Shown: positions 1-8,175 of the stretch, one piece after another | How positions within the stretch are numbered: position 1 is the first letter of the stretch | Layout of the letters: each line of letters begins with the position of its first letter | DNA from: Acidobacteriota bacterium | GTDB taxonomy: Bacteria > Actinomycetota > Acidimicrobiia > Spongiisociales > ZC4RG35 | Direction: 5' to 3' | DNA: 64,000 nucleotides | Assembly: GCA_022573225.1 (NCBI GenBank) | Contig: JACZUI010000003.1 | Location: 11,798 to 75,797, forward strand | Notes under the pieces: model-generated | What the model was told of the DNA's origin: nothing | Databases searched by the model: none | What the model saw: the letters and a program-made list of their open reading frames with translations, nothing else | Translations under genes and position numbers: made by a program

Positions 1-240
1 CTGGCCGTTGGTCGGAGGCGCATCTACGACGATCAGACCATCATCGTGCTCGACAACCAGTTGGTAGTACCAGGCATCCTTGATGTAATGGATCCCGCCG
101 CCGAGCGAGCCGGTGTAGTAGCCCTTTGACATGAGATCTTCCATACCGGCTTGGGCGCGGGCGTCATAGGCCGAAGCTAGTACCTCGCCGTACTGGTCCG
201 CCGAGGTGTAGAAACTCAGTGAGGGAAGTGGCTCTGACAT
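1..240 (-). CDS. MBL-fold metallo-hydrolase, 5' part only (runs off window)
   Basis: Not in ORF track. Manual translation from ATG at 240 with AAGGAG RBS: MSEPLPSLSFYTS...GIHYIKDAWYYQLVVEHDDGLIVVDAPPTNGQ; 'G-hydrophobic-VDAPP' is typical of MBL N-termini. Confidence 0.6.
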   Translation of the reverse strand, partial: MSEPLPSLSFYTSADQYGEVLASAYDARAQAGMEDLMSKGYYTGSLGGGIHYIKDAWYYQLVVEHDDGLIVVDAPPTNGQ

Positions 241-379
241 GGGTGTCGCTCCTTGTGGTCGTACTCGGGCGCTGTGTCAACCAGCACTGTGCGGTTCGAT
301 ATCCAAAGATAACCGATACTGAACACCGCGTGTCGGGCGGATTGGTAATTTCGACGAGACCAGAGAGATTGGAAACCAA

Positions 380-799
380 ATGGACATCATCGATCGTCAC
401 TTTGCCGCTGAAAACGCTCACGACGTCGAGGCGACCATCGCCACCTACACCGATGACATCGTGTGGGACGATGTCACCCATCCGGATGCGCCGTTTCGGG
501 GCAAGGATGAGGTGGCTTCGGTCTACTCGAGCATTCTCGATGCCATTCCTGATCTGCGACTCGAGTCGGTTCGTCGATTCAGCGGCGAGGGAGGCCGTTA
601 TGTGGTCGACGAGTCGATCCTCAGCGGGCACGTGGATGGCGAGTGGGCCGGGATGAGCGGCGGCGGTGCTCCCGTCAATGTGCGGATCCTCCACATATTC
701 GAGCTGAGGGATGGGTTGATCTCGTACGAGAACGCCTGGTTCGACGCGGCCGCGGTCCAGGCTCAGATACGGGAATGGAGGGGCGCAATCTCTAAGTAG
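380..799 (+). CDS. SnoaL-like / NTF2-family protein (ester cyclase-like)
   Basis: HFAAENAHDVEATIATYTDDIVWDD...HIFELRDGLISYENAWFD, 139 aa. Confidence 0.8.
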   Translation: MDIIDRHFAAENAHDVEATIATYTDDIVWDDVTHPDAPFRGKDEVASVYSSILDAIPDLRLESVRRFSGEGGRYVVDESILSGHVDGEWAGMSGGGAPVNVRILHIFELRDGLISYENAWFDAAAVQAQIREWRGAISK

Positions 800-1415
800 G
801 GGCCGTCCTATCGTCGGCTCCTCGATCAACGACGAGCCAAATCGCGTGGACTGGCTCGTCGCCCATGTTGTACAACCTGTGAGGTTTTGTTGACTCGAAA
901 CCAATGGAATCACCGGCCTCGAGCACATAGTGATCGAATCCCAACTGAATACCCAAGGTTCCTGAAATCACATACCCGTACTCATGCCCTTCGTGACGCA
1001 TCAACGACTCATCCGGCGTTGATGCACCGCCGACCTTATAAATGGCGTGGAGAAAATCGATACCACGTTCTGGGGAAGGTGTGAGCTCCTCCCATCGCAC
1101 GCCCGAAGCGAGATCAATCCCTTTGCGTTCGTCGGGATGGACCATCGGGCTGATAGGTGCCATGTCGTCGGAACGTTGGTCAGAGGGCTGAGTTGAGGCA
1201 TCTTCATGCCCGCGAAGCAAGCCATCGAGGGAGAGGTCCAGCTCGGTGACGATCGCGTAGAGCGTCCCTACCGACGGCTTGGAGACACCCTTCTCCAATT
1301 GCGAAATCAGGCTTGCCGACAATCCGAGTCGTCTGGCTAGCTCCCGTTGACTCAGGCCGGCTTTGGTTCGCTCTTCACGAAGGCGGTCGCCGATTCCCTC
1401 TAACTCTTGGCTCAA
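792..1415 (-). CDS. XRE-family transcriptional regulator with C-terminal cupin
   Basis: HTH LSQRELARRLGLSASLISQLEKG; cupin HEGHEYGYV...GDSIGFESTKPHRLYN. Confidence 0.9.
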   Translation of the reverse strand: MSQELEGIGDRLREERTKAGLSQRELARRLGLSASLISQLEKGVSKPSVGTLYAIVTELDLSLDGLLRGHEDASTQPSDQRSDDMAPISPMVHPDERKGIDLASGVRWEELTPSPERGIDFLHAIYKVGGASTPDESLMRHEGHEYGYVISGTLGIQLGFDHYVLEAGDSIGFESTKPHRLYNMGDEPVHAIWLVVDRGADDRTAPT

Positions 1416-1641
1416 CGACCGACTCCTGTCATCTGGCGTGGAAGTATCGACACCAAATCGACCTTACATCGGACTCAGGTCGGCATCGATGTCGATATCG
1501 ACGCCAATACCGTCGGTCCCCTCGAGCTATGAACACGGCTCTGTCGGTCATCTCGCCCTCCAAATCTCTTGAATGGCACACTTGTCCACCCATGAAAGGC
1601 CTTACACGCCAGGCCGAAGCCTATCCAGGGTCGGCGACGGC

Positions 1642-1660
1642 TGTGCAGTGCGACTGCGCA
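1642..1660. promoter_or_regulatory. Putative operator palindrome, copy 1 (TGTGCAGTG-C-GACTGCGCA)
   Basis: Imperfect 19-bp inverted repeat 25 bp upstream of lhgO; matches the copy at 2908-2926. Confidence 0.55.
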
Positions 1661-1685
1661 TGTCTCTTCTTCCGAGAGGATCCTC

Positions 1686-2894
1686 ATGAGCTCTCGATAT
1701 GACGTGTGCATCATCGGAGCGGGCTTGGTCGGACTGTCGGTTGGGCGGGCACTGGCCGAGGCCTACCCGGGAATCTCACAGGTCATTCTCGAGAAGGAGG
1801 ACGATGTGGCTACCCACCAGAGCGGCCACAACAGCGGTGTGGTTCATTCGGGTCTCTACTACCGGCCGGGCTCTCTCAAAGCGCGGCTGTGTGTTGAGGG
1901 ACGGTTGGAACTGGCCCGATTCTGCGAGGAGCAGGGAGTGCCATTTCGGCAGGCGGGCAAGTTGGTCATAGCGACCAAGCCTTCGGAGATCGAGGCTCTC
2001 GAAGAGCTCCACCGGCGAGGAGCCAAGAATGGGTTGACGGGGTTGCGCAGACTCGACTCGACCGAGATCAAAGAGTTGGAGCCGGCCGCGGCTGGAGTCG
2101 CCGCCCTGCATGTGCCCGAAGCAGGTGTTGTCGACTTTCCCATGATGGCACGAGCGTTGGCCGCTGGATTGCGTGCGACAGGCGCCGAGGTGCTCACAGG
2201 TCGCCGTGTCGAGGCTATTTCCTTTGGCTCTGGCGGAGTGCGGATCAGAACCGCCGACCAGGAGATTCGTGCCTCTGTGGCAGTGAATTGCGCGGGACTC
2301 CACACCGACAGAGTCGCGGCTATGGCGGGTGTTGTCAGTGACATTCAGATCGTTCCGTTCCGCGGCGAGTACTACACCCTCACCGATGAGGCGGCCGGTT
2401 TGGTGAAGTCGCTGATCTATCCGGTGCCCGACCCTCGATTTCCTTTCTTGGGGGTCCACTTCACCCGCCGAATCGACGACACGGTCGAAGTGGGACCGAA
2501 CGCAGTTCTCGCCTTGGGACGCGAGCATTATCGAGGTTCGCGGCCTGATTGGTCTGATGTGCGGGAAGTTCTGGGCTGGCGAGGTTTCCGCAAGCTGGCT
2601 AGCCGGCAGTTGTGGGCGGGGTCGAGCGAGTTCATCCGGTCGCGTTCGAAGACCATGTACTCGAGGTCGGCTCGTTCCCTCCTACCTGCCGTGAGACGGC
2701 ATCATCTGATCACTGGGGGCGCCGGGGTCAGAGCCCAGGCTGTCGCTTCAGACGGTCGACTTGTGGACGAGTTCGTGATCGAGGAGGCCGGTCCGACAGT
2801 CCATGTCCTGAACGCGCCCTCGCCCGGGGCGACCTCGAGTCTGGCAATCGGCAGGCACATCGCAGGGCTGGTAAGCCGGCATCTAACAGGCTGA
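1686..2894 (+). CDS. lhgO: L-2-hydroxyglutarate oxidase-like FAD-dependent oxidoreductase
   Basis: GAGLVG FAD motif, HQSGHNSGVVHSGLYY, PFRGEYY, PFLGVHFT, AGVRAQA, NAPSPGATSSLAIG. Confidence 0.85.
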   Translation: MSSRYDVCIIGAGLVGLSVGRALAEAYPGISQVILEKEDDVATHQSGHNSGVVHSGLYYRPGSLKARLCVEGRLELARFCEEQGVPFRQAGKLVIATKPSEIEALEELHRRGAKNGLTGLRRLDSTEIKELEPAAAGVAALHVPEAGVVDFPMMARALAAGLRATGAEVLTGRRVEAISFGSGGVRIRTADQEIRASVAVNCAGLHTDRVAAMAGVVSDIQIVPFRGEYYTLTDEAAGLVKSLIYPVPDPRFPFLGVHFTRRIDDTVEVGPNAVLALGREHYRGSRPDWSDVREVLGWRGFRKLASRQLWAGSSEFIRSRSKTMYSRSARSLLPAVRRHHLITGGAGVRAQAVASDGRLVDEFVIEEAGPTVHVLNAPSPGATSSLAIGRHIAGLVSRHLTG

Positions 2895-2907
2895 TGACGT
2901 ATCAAAA

Positions 2908-2926
2908 TGTGTAGTGTCACTGCACA
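2908..2926. promoter_or_regulatory. Putative operator palindrome, copy 2 (TGTGTAGTG-T-CACTGCACA)
   Basis: 8 of 9 positions symmetric; upstream of the M24/E1 operon. Confidence 0.6.
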
Positions 2927-3009
2927 GTGAGTCTCGGTAAAACACCCCGGCGCCTTAGCGCGAACCGACCACATGCTGGTCCAAGTAACTCTTGGAAAGG
3001 GAGGCATAT

Positions 3010-4266
3010 ATGAGCGATGAGTTCCCCGTCGCCACCAGTCCTGCCCCTGGAATAATGGGCGTCGATTGGGAGAACCGCGTCGACTTCGAGCGTCTCCGTA
3101 AGCATCGGATCGCTCGAACCCGTCAGATGCTGGAGAAGGAAGATCTGGGTGCCTTGCTGTTGTTCGAGACCTCGAACATCCGTTACGCCACGTCGACCCA
3201 GATCGGATATTGGGCCTTCAACAAGGGCGAGCGCTACGCCCTTGTCACCCGGGAGGGGCGACCCCGGATTTGGGACTTTGGGTCCGCCGCCAAGGCGCAC
3301 CGACTGCAACTACCTCACATGTATGACGCCGAGAATTCGGTGGGTGGCAACACGGGTTTGCAGGGTGCAATCGGGCCAGAGACAGGTCTCCACTCGCGGG
3401 CAGCCAAGGAGATCCGTGAGGTTCTCGCGACGGAGGGTCTGGCGGGGGAACGTCTGGGTGTGGATCTCGCCGAGACCGGTGTCTTTTTGGCCCTCCAGGC
3501 CGAGGGTTTGAACGTTGTAGACGGCCAACAAGCGATGATGAAGGCACGAGAGCTGAAGAATCCGGACGAGATACTTCTTCTGACCCAGGCATGTGCCATG
3601 GTCGACGGTGTCTATCAAGACATCTTCGAAGCCCTCAAGCCGGGCATCAGAGAATCCGATATCGTCGGTCTCGCCCATGCCCGACTGTTCGAGATGGGCT
3701 CGGAGTTCGTCGAGGCGATCAACTCGATCGCCGGTGAGCGGTGCAGCCCCCATCCCCACGTATTCTCAGATCGGCTGATTCGCCCCGGGGACCAGGCGTA
3801 TTTCGACATCATCCACGTGTTCAACGGCTATCGCACCTGCTACTACCGGACATTTGCAGTGGGACGGGCAACACAGGCGCAACGTGACGCGTTCAAGCAG
3901 TCGCGAGAGTGGATGGACGCGGCCATCGACCTGGTTCGGCCGGGCACCACCACAGATCAAATCGCCAAGATGTGGCCGCGCGCCGAAGAGTTCGGATTCG
4001 ACGACGAGATGGATGCGTTCGGGCTCCAGTTCGGGCATGGGGTGGGAGTGGGCCTTCACGAGAGGCCGATCATCAGCCGTCTCAACTCGCTCGACAGCCC
4101 TGTCGAGATCAAAGAGGGGATGGTCTTCGCTTTGGAGACCTACGCGCCGGCAACAGACGGACGCTCGGCCGCAAGGATCGAAGAGGAGGTGGTGGTTACG
4201 GCCGATGGGTGCAACGTGATCACTCTGTTCCCCTGTGAGGAACTCATGGTTGCCAATGAGTACTGA
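3010..4266 (+). CDS. M24 (Xaa-Pro peptidase/creatinase-fold) hydrolase
   Basis: GGAGG RBS before ATG 3010; RELKNPDEI, GHGVG, ALETY, RIEEEVVVT motifs. Confidence 0.85.
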   Translation: MSDEFPVATSPAPGIMGVDWENRVDFERLRKHRIARTRQMLEKEDLGALLLFETSNIRYATSTQIGYWAFNKGERYALVTREGRPRIWDFGSAAKAHRLQLPHMYDAENSVGGNTGLQGAIGPETGLHSRAAKEIREVLATEGLAGERLGVDLAETGVFLALQAEGLNVVDGQQAMMKARELKNPDEILLLTQACAMVDGVYQDIFEALKPGIRESDIVGLAHARLFEMGSEFVEAINSIAGERCSPHPHVFSDRLIRPGDQAYFDIIHVFNGYRTCYYRTFAVGRATQAQRDAFKQSREWMDAAIDLVRPGTTTDQIAKMWPRAEEFGFDDEMDAFGLQFGHGVGVGLHERPIISRLNSLDSPVEIKEGMVFALETYAPATDGRSAARIEEEVVVTADGCNVITLFPCEELMVANEY

Positions 4267-5317
4267 TCCGATGTACGACTACTCATCCCGACCGTCTCGT
4301 CTTCCGTTGCCAGTCGACGAGAGGATGGCCTCGGCCGACATCGATCTCGGTCAACGCAAGTCGATATATCGGTCGCTTCAAGAGTTGAGGCAGTTCGAGA
4401 AGCGTGCCCACGATCTTTTTCTCCAGAACCTTGTGAAAGGAACCACCCACCTATCTCTAGGGATGGAAGCCGTGGCGGCCGGGTTTGGCGCCGCTATGCG
4501 CCCTGATGATTACACCTTCGCGACTTACCGAGGTCACGCCCATGCCCTGGCCCGCGGAATGGAAATGGGACCGGCGATGGCAGAGTTGCTGGGACGATCC
4601 AACGGGGTGCTTGGCGGCAAAGGCGGGTCTATGCACTTGACCGATGTCTCCAGAGGGATGATGGGGTCGTACGCCATCATCGGCGCTCACCTGTGCATTG
4701 CCAACGGAGCGGCTTGGTCGGCTCAGATGAGGGGAAGCGGGCAGGTGACGGTGTGCTTCTTTGGCGACGGCACCACGAACATCGGGGCGTTCCATGAGGC
4801 CCTCAACATGGCAAAGGTCTGGCAACTTCCGGTCGTTTTCGTTTGTGAGAACAACCTGTACATGGAGTACACACCGATCGATCTGATCACCGCGGTGCCG
4901 CATCCTGCCGCGGACCGCGCTGCTTCCTACGGCCTCGAGTCCGTCATCGTTGACGGAAACGACCCAGATGCCGTTTATCTGGCCGCAGGCAAGGCCATAG
5001 GACGGGCCCGAGAAGGCGGCGGACCTGCGCTGATCGAGGCTACAACCTATAGAACCGGTGGGCACTCCAGGGCCGACCCCGCCAAGTACCGCCCATTGGA
5101 AGAGGTGGAGGCGTGGGCCCAACGCGACCCGATACCCATGTACCACGCGCGCCTTCTTGGGCTCGGAGTGGCAGAAGGCGAATTGAGCTCAATCGAACGT
5201 GATGTTGCCGCTGACGTCGACGCTGCGACCGAGTTCGCCAAAGCCGGGGAAGAGCCGACAGGTGAGGCACTCCTCACCGAGGTCTACGCCGACGGGAGTT
5301 CGAGATGGCGGAACTGA
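4256..5317 (+). CDS. TPP-dependent dehydrogenase E1 alpha subunit (AcoA/PdhA-like)
   Basis: GKGGSMH, GDGTTN...ENN TPP motif, TYRTGGHS. Confidence 0.9.
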   Translation: MSTDPMYDYSSRPSRLPLPVDERMASADIDLGQRKSIYRSLQELRQFEKRAHDLFLQNLVKGTTHLSLGMEAVAAGFGAAMRPDDYTFATYRGHAHALARGMEMGPAMAELLGRSNGVLGGKGGSMHLTDVSRGMMGSYAIIGAHLCIANGAAWSAQMRGSGQVTVCFFGDGTTNIGAFHEALNMAKVWQLPVVFVCENNLYMEYTPIDLITAVPHPAADRAASYGLESVIVDGNDPDAVYLAAGKAIGRAREGGGPALIEATTYRTGGHSRADPAKYRPLEEVEAWAQRDPIPMYHARLLGLGVAEGELSSIERDVAADVDAATEFAKAGEEPTGEALLTEVYADGSSRWRN

Positions 5318-6282
5318 CTTATCGGGAAGCGGTGGCGGCCGGCATTGCCCAGGAGATGAGAAGGGATCCATCGCTGGTGATGCTCGGAGAGGATGTGGCC
5401 GCAGCCGGCGGAGTCTTCAAGACAACCGTCGGCTTGCTCGATGAGTTCGGGCCTGATCGGGTCCGAGACACCCCCATATCCGAGCAGGCGATCCTGGGGG
5501 CAGCGATGGGGGCATCGATGACCGGTGTCCCGGTGATCGCTGAGATCATGTTCTCTGACTTCCTCGCAGTTTGTTGGGACATGATTGCGAATGAGATCGC
5601 CAAGAGCCGATATATGACCGACGGGCAGGTTAGTTTCCCCTTGGTCATCCGGACCGCAAATGGTGGAGCGGCCCGCTTTGGGGCACAGCACTCGCAGAGT
5701 GTCGAGAACTGGGCGATGATGATTCCGGGTTTGAAGGTGGTTGCACCTTCGACGCCCGCTGACACTGTGGCATTGATGGCAGCGGCGGTGCGCGATCCCG
5801 ACCCGGTGATCTTCTTCGAGCACAAGTCTCTGTTCGCCACCAAAGGCGAAGTCCCGGAAGTCGAAGTCGTGGGCCGACTCGGTGAAGCTTCGATCGTGCG
5901 GGAAGGCAGCGATGCCACTGTTGCAGCGCTGGCACTCATGGTTCCCCGAGCCCTGGAGGCGGCCGACCGGCTCCAGCAGGAGGAGGGAATCTCGGTCGAG
6001 GTGATCGATGTCCGATCGCTGGTCCCCTTGGACACGAAAACCCTCCTGGCTTCCGTAGAGAAAACAAGTCGGCTGTTCACCGTCGAAGAGAACCCAAGGC
6101 TGTGCGGCTGGGGTGCCGAGCTGATATCGATCGTGGGTGAGGAGGCGTTCTGGAACCTCGACGGGCCTCTGGTGCGTATAACGACTCCCCACATCCCTTT
6201 GCCGGCCGCCGCGAGCCTCGAGGATTTGGCGATTCCGTCAGTGGATCGGATCTATGAGACGGTTAAGTCGTCTCTCCGTTAG
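5305..6282 (+). CDS. TPP-dependent dehydrogenase E1 beta subunit
   Basis: GEDV, DTPISEQ, EIMFSDF, QHSQS, DPVIFFEHK. Confidence 0.9.
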   Translation: MAELTYREAVAAGIAQEMRRDPSLVMLGEDVAAAGGVFKTTVGLLDEFGPDRVRDTPISEQAILGAAMGASMTGVPVIAEIMFSDFLAVCWDMIANEIAKSRYMTDGQVSFPLVIRTANGGAARFGAQHSQSVENWAMMIPGLKVVAPSTPADTVALMAAAVRDPDPVIFFEHKSLFATKGEVPEVEVVGRLGEASIVREGSDATVAALALMVPRALEAADRLQQEEGISVEVIDVRSLVPLDTKTLLASVEKTSRLFTVEENPRLCGWGAELISIVGEEAFWNLDGPLVRITTPHIPLPAAASLEDLAIPSVDRIYETVKSSLR

Positions 6283-6357
6283 CCAACGCGAACAAGCCAT
6301 CAAGGCCTCCGACCTTTTTCAACATACCTCGCGCGCCGACAACGCATAGGAGATGAC

Positions 6358-6963
6358 GTGAACCAACCCATGCCCCAAGAGCACCCGAAAGATGAGTCCG
6401 TCACTTACGTCATCAACCACAACGTTCAGCCGCATCGGAGGGAGGACTTTGAAGAATGGATGAGCGGGATCGCAGCCGATGTTGAACGGTTTCACGGTCA
6501 TCAAGGGACCACTGTGCTGCGGCCGGACTCCGGCAGCACTGAATATGTCATCGTTGTCCGTTTCGCCACCTATGGCGACTTGCGAAGGTGGGAGCGCTCT
6601 CCGGAGCGGGCTGACTGGCTCGTGAAACTCCCCCCGTTGGTGTCCGATGAGTCGGTCTACACGATCGAGACGGGGCTGGAGACCTGGTTCCAGCTTCCAG
6701 GCCATCAAGTGGTTGTACCTCCCCCTAAATACAAGATGGCAATGTTGGTCACTTTGGCCATTTACCCCCTCTTGCTGATCGTCATCCCGACACTCGGAGC
6801 GCTGCTTGGCGACTTCCCCTACCTGGCGGCCCCGATGACCGTCGGCCCTGAGTTCTTCACACGAACTCTCGCGAACGTCCTGGTTCTAGTCCCATTGATG
6901 ACCTGGTTCGCCATGCCGCAGCTCACCAAGCTCTTCCGACGCTGGCTGTATCCGACCAGGTAG
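6358..6963 (+). CDS. Antibiotic biosynthesis monooxygenase-domain membrane protein
   Basis: ABM-like N-terminus, GLETWF, PPPKYKMA and two C-terminal TM helices. Confidence 0.75.
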   Translation: MNQPMPQEHPKDESVTYVINHNVQPHRREDFEEWMSGIAADVERFHGHQGTTVLRPDSGSTEYVIVVRFATYGDLRRWERSPERADWLVKLPPLVSDESVYTIETGLETWFQLPGHQVVVPPPKYKMAMLVTLAIYPLLLIVIPTLGALLGDFPYLAAPMTVGPEFFTRTLANVLVLVPLMTWFAMPQLTKLFRRWLYPTR

Positions 6964-7159
6964 CCCGCGCTGTGAAAGAATCGGAGATTCCAACAAGCCG
7001 CCCATGCCTGAGGCGTAGATCACGACATCATGCTGACCCAGGGCATGCATCAAATGTGGAGATTCTCCCTCGGCTGCTGCGAGGTCGTGGACCCACGACG
7101 TCCATTCGGTGGGTACTGGTTGTGGAGAGGCCCTTTGGCTGATCTCAACGCCTGGAAGG

Positions 7160-8086
7160 TCAGGCTAGGACTCGTCGATTGGCGCGGTCTTCGATGAAAT
7201 CGGCGAGTTGAACAAACGGATCGAAACCGACGACATTGGCCGCATCCGCCACGAAGTTGGATAGGACGTTGATGTCGTAGAAGTAGGCCTCACCATCGAA
7301 ATCGCTCACCAGATATTCCACGCCACCGAGATCAGCGCCAGTTGCTTCGATGATGCGGGCCGCTTGGTCGATGAGGTGATCAGGGGGGGTGTATCCCTTC
7401 ACGAGGTCGCTCGCATCGGCGATACCTTGTGCCGGGTCGCAGTAGTCGGCCGGACAGAGGTTGAACGAGCCGGGTATCAGTTGCAGTCGGATCGCGTATA
7501 GGAAGTTTCCATTGAGGATCTCGACTCTCACGATCGAGTTGTCCCGGGCTGCAAGTTTCTCCTGGACCAGACCTGTGCCGTCTGGCCCGAGGTCGTCCAC
7601 CAGCCCTGCTTCGACCGCGGCGGCTAGCTCTGCCGGTGTCTGATGCTCGGTGATGCCAGCGCCACTGCCGCCGATGTTCGGCTTCACCAGCACAGGGAAG
7701 GTCAGATCGATCGCCGCGGTAAGGATCTCCCCGCTGTTCAAAATTGGACGCCCCTCGGGATGACGGACCCGCATACTCCTGAGCAAGTCCAGCTGCTTTC
7801 GCTTGGACAGCTCAAACTCATATGACGCCGAACCATTGATAACCGGAACTCCGGCCGACTCGACCCTGCGGAGAAACTCGGGGGTCTGGAGCAAAGCAGT
7901 CATGTGGCCCCTCGTCCATGCCGAGGGACTCATGCGGTTGACCAAGACATCCCACTGACCAACAAACGTTGGGTCGAACTCGAGACTGGACGCGTCGACC
8001 GAGGACCATTCGAGACCCCGGCGATCCAACTCGCCGAACAGCGGCGCGTTCCATTTTGGATGCTCGTGGAAGACAGCGATCGACAA
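7160..8086 (-). CDS. RimK-like ATP-grasp protein
   Basis: NRMSPSA, FPVLVKPNIGGSGAGI, GGVEYL, FYDINVLSNFV. Confidence 0.8.
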   Translation of the reverse strand: MSIAVFHEHPKWNAPLFGELDRRGLEWSSVDASSLEFDPTFVGQWDVLVNRMSPSAWTRGHMTALLQTPEFLRRVESAGVPVINGSASYEFELSKRKQLDLLRSMRVRHPEGRPILNSGEILTAAIDLTFPVLVKPNIGGSGAGITEHQTPAELAAAVEAGLVDDLGPDGTGLVQEKLAARDNSIVRVEILNGNFLYAIRLQLIPGSFNLCPADYCDPAQGIADASDLVKGYTPPDHLIDQAARIIEATGADLGGVEYLVSDFDGEAYFYDINVLSNFVADAANVVGFDPFVQLADFIEDRANRRVLA

Positions 8087-8175
8087 AGGGGCCTCTCTTG
8101 CTTGCTCGGTGAATTAACCCTATGCAGGTAGTGGTAATTCCATCAACCACCAAACAGAATCATCCGACGCTTCGG

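Noticed and set aside
1481..1512. Palindrome GTCGATATCGAC with imperfect extended arms upstream of the regulator
   Set aside because: Single copy with no recognisable riboswitch or operator match; function unsupported
6964..7159. Minus-strand peptide HALGQHDVVIYASGMGG resembling an SDR fragment
   Set aside because: Too short, with no start or other SDR motifs; may be chance
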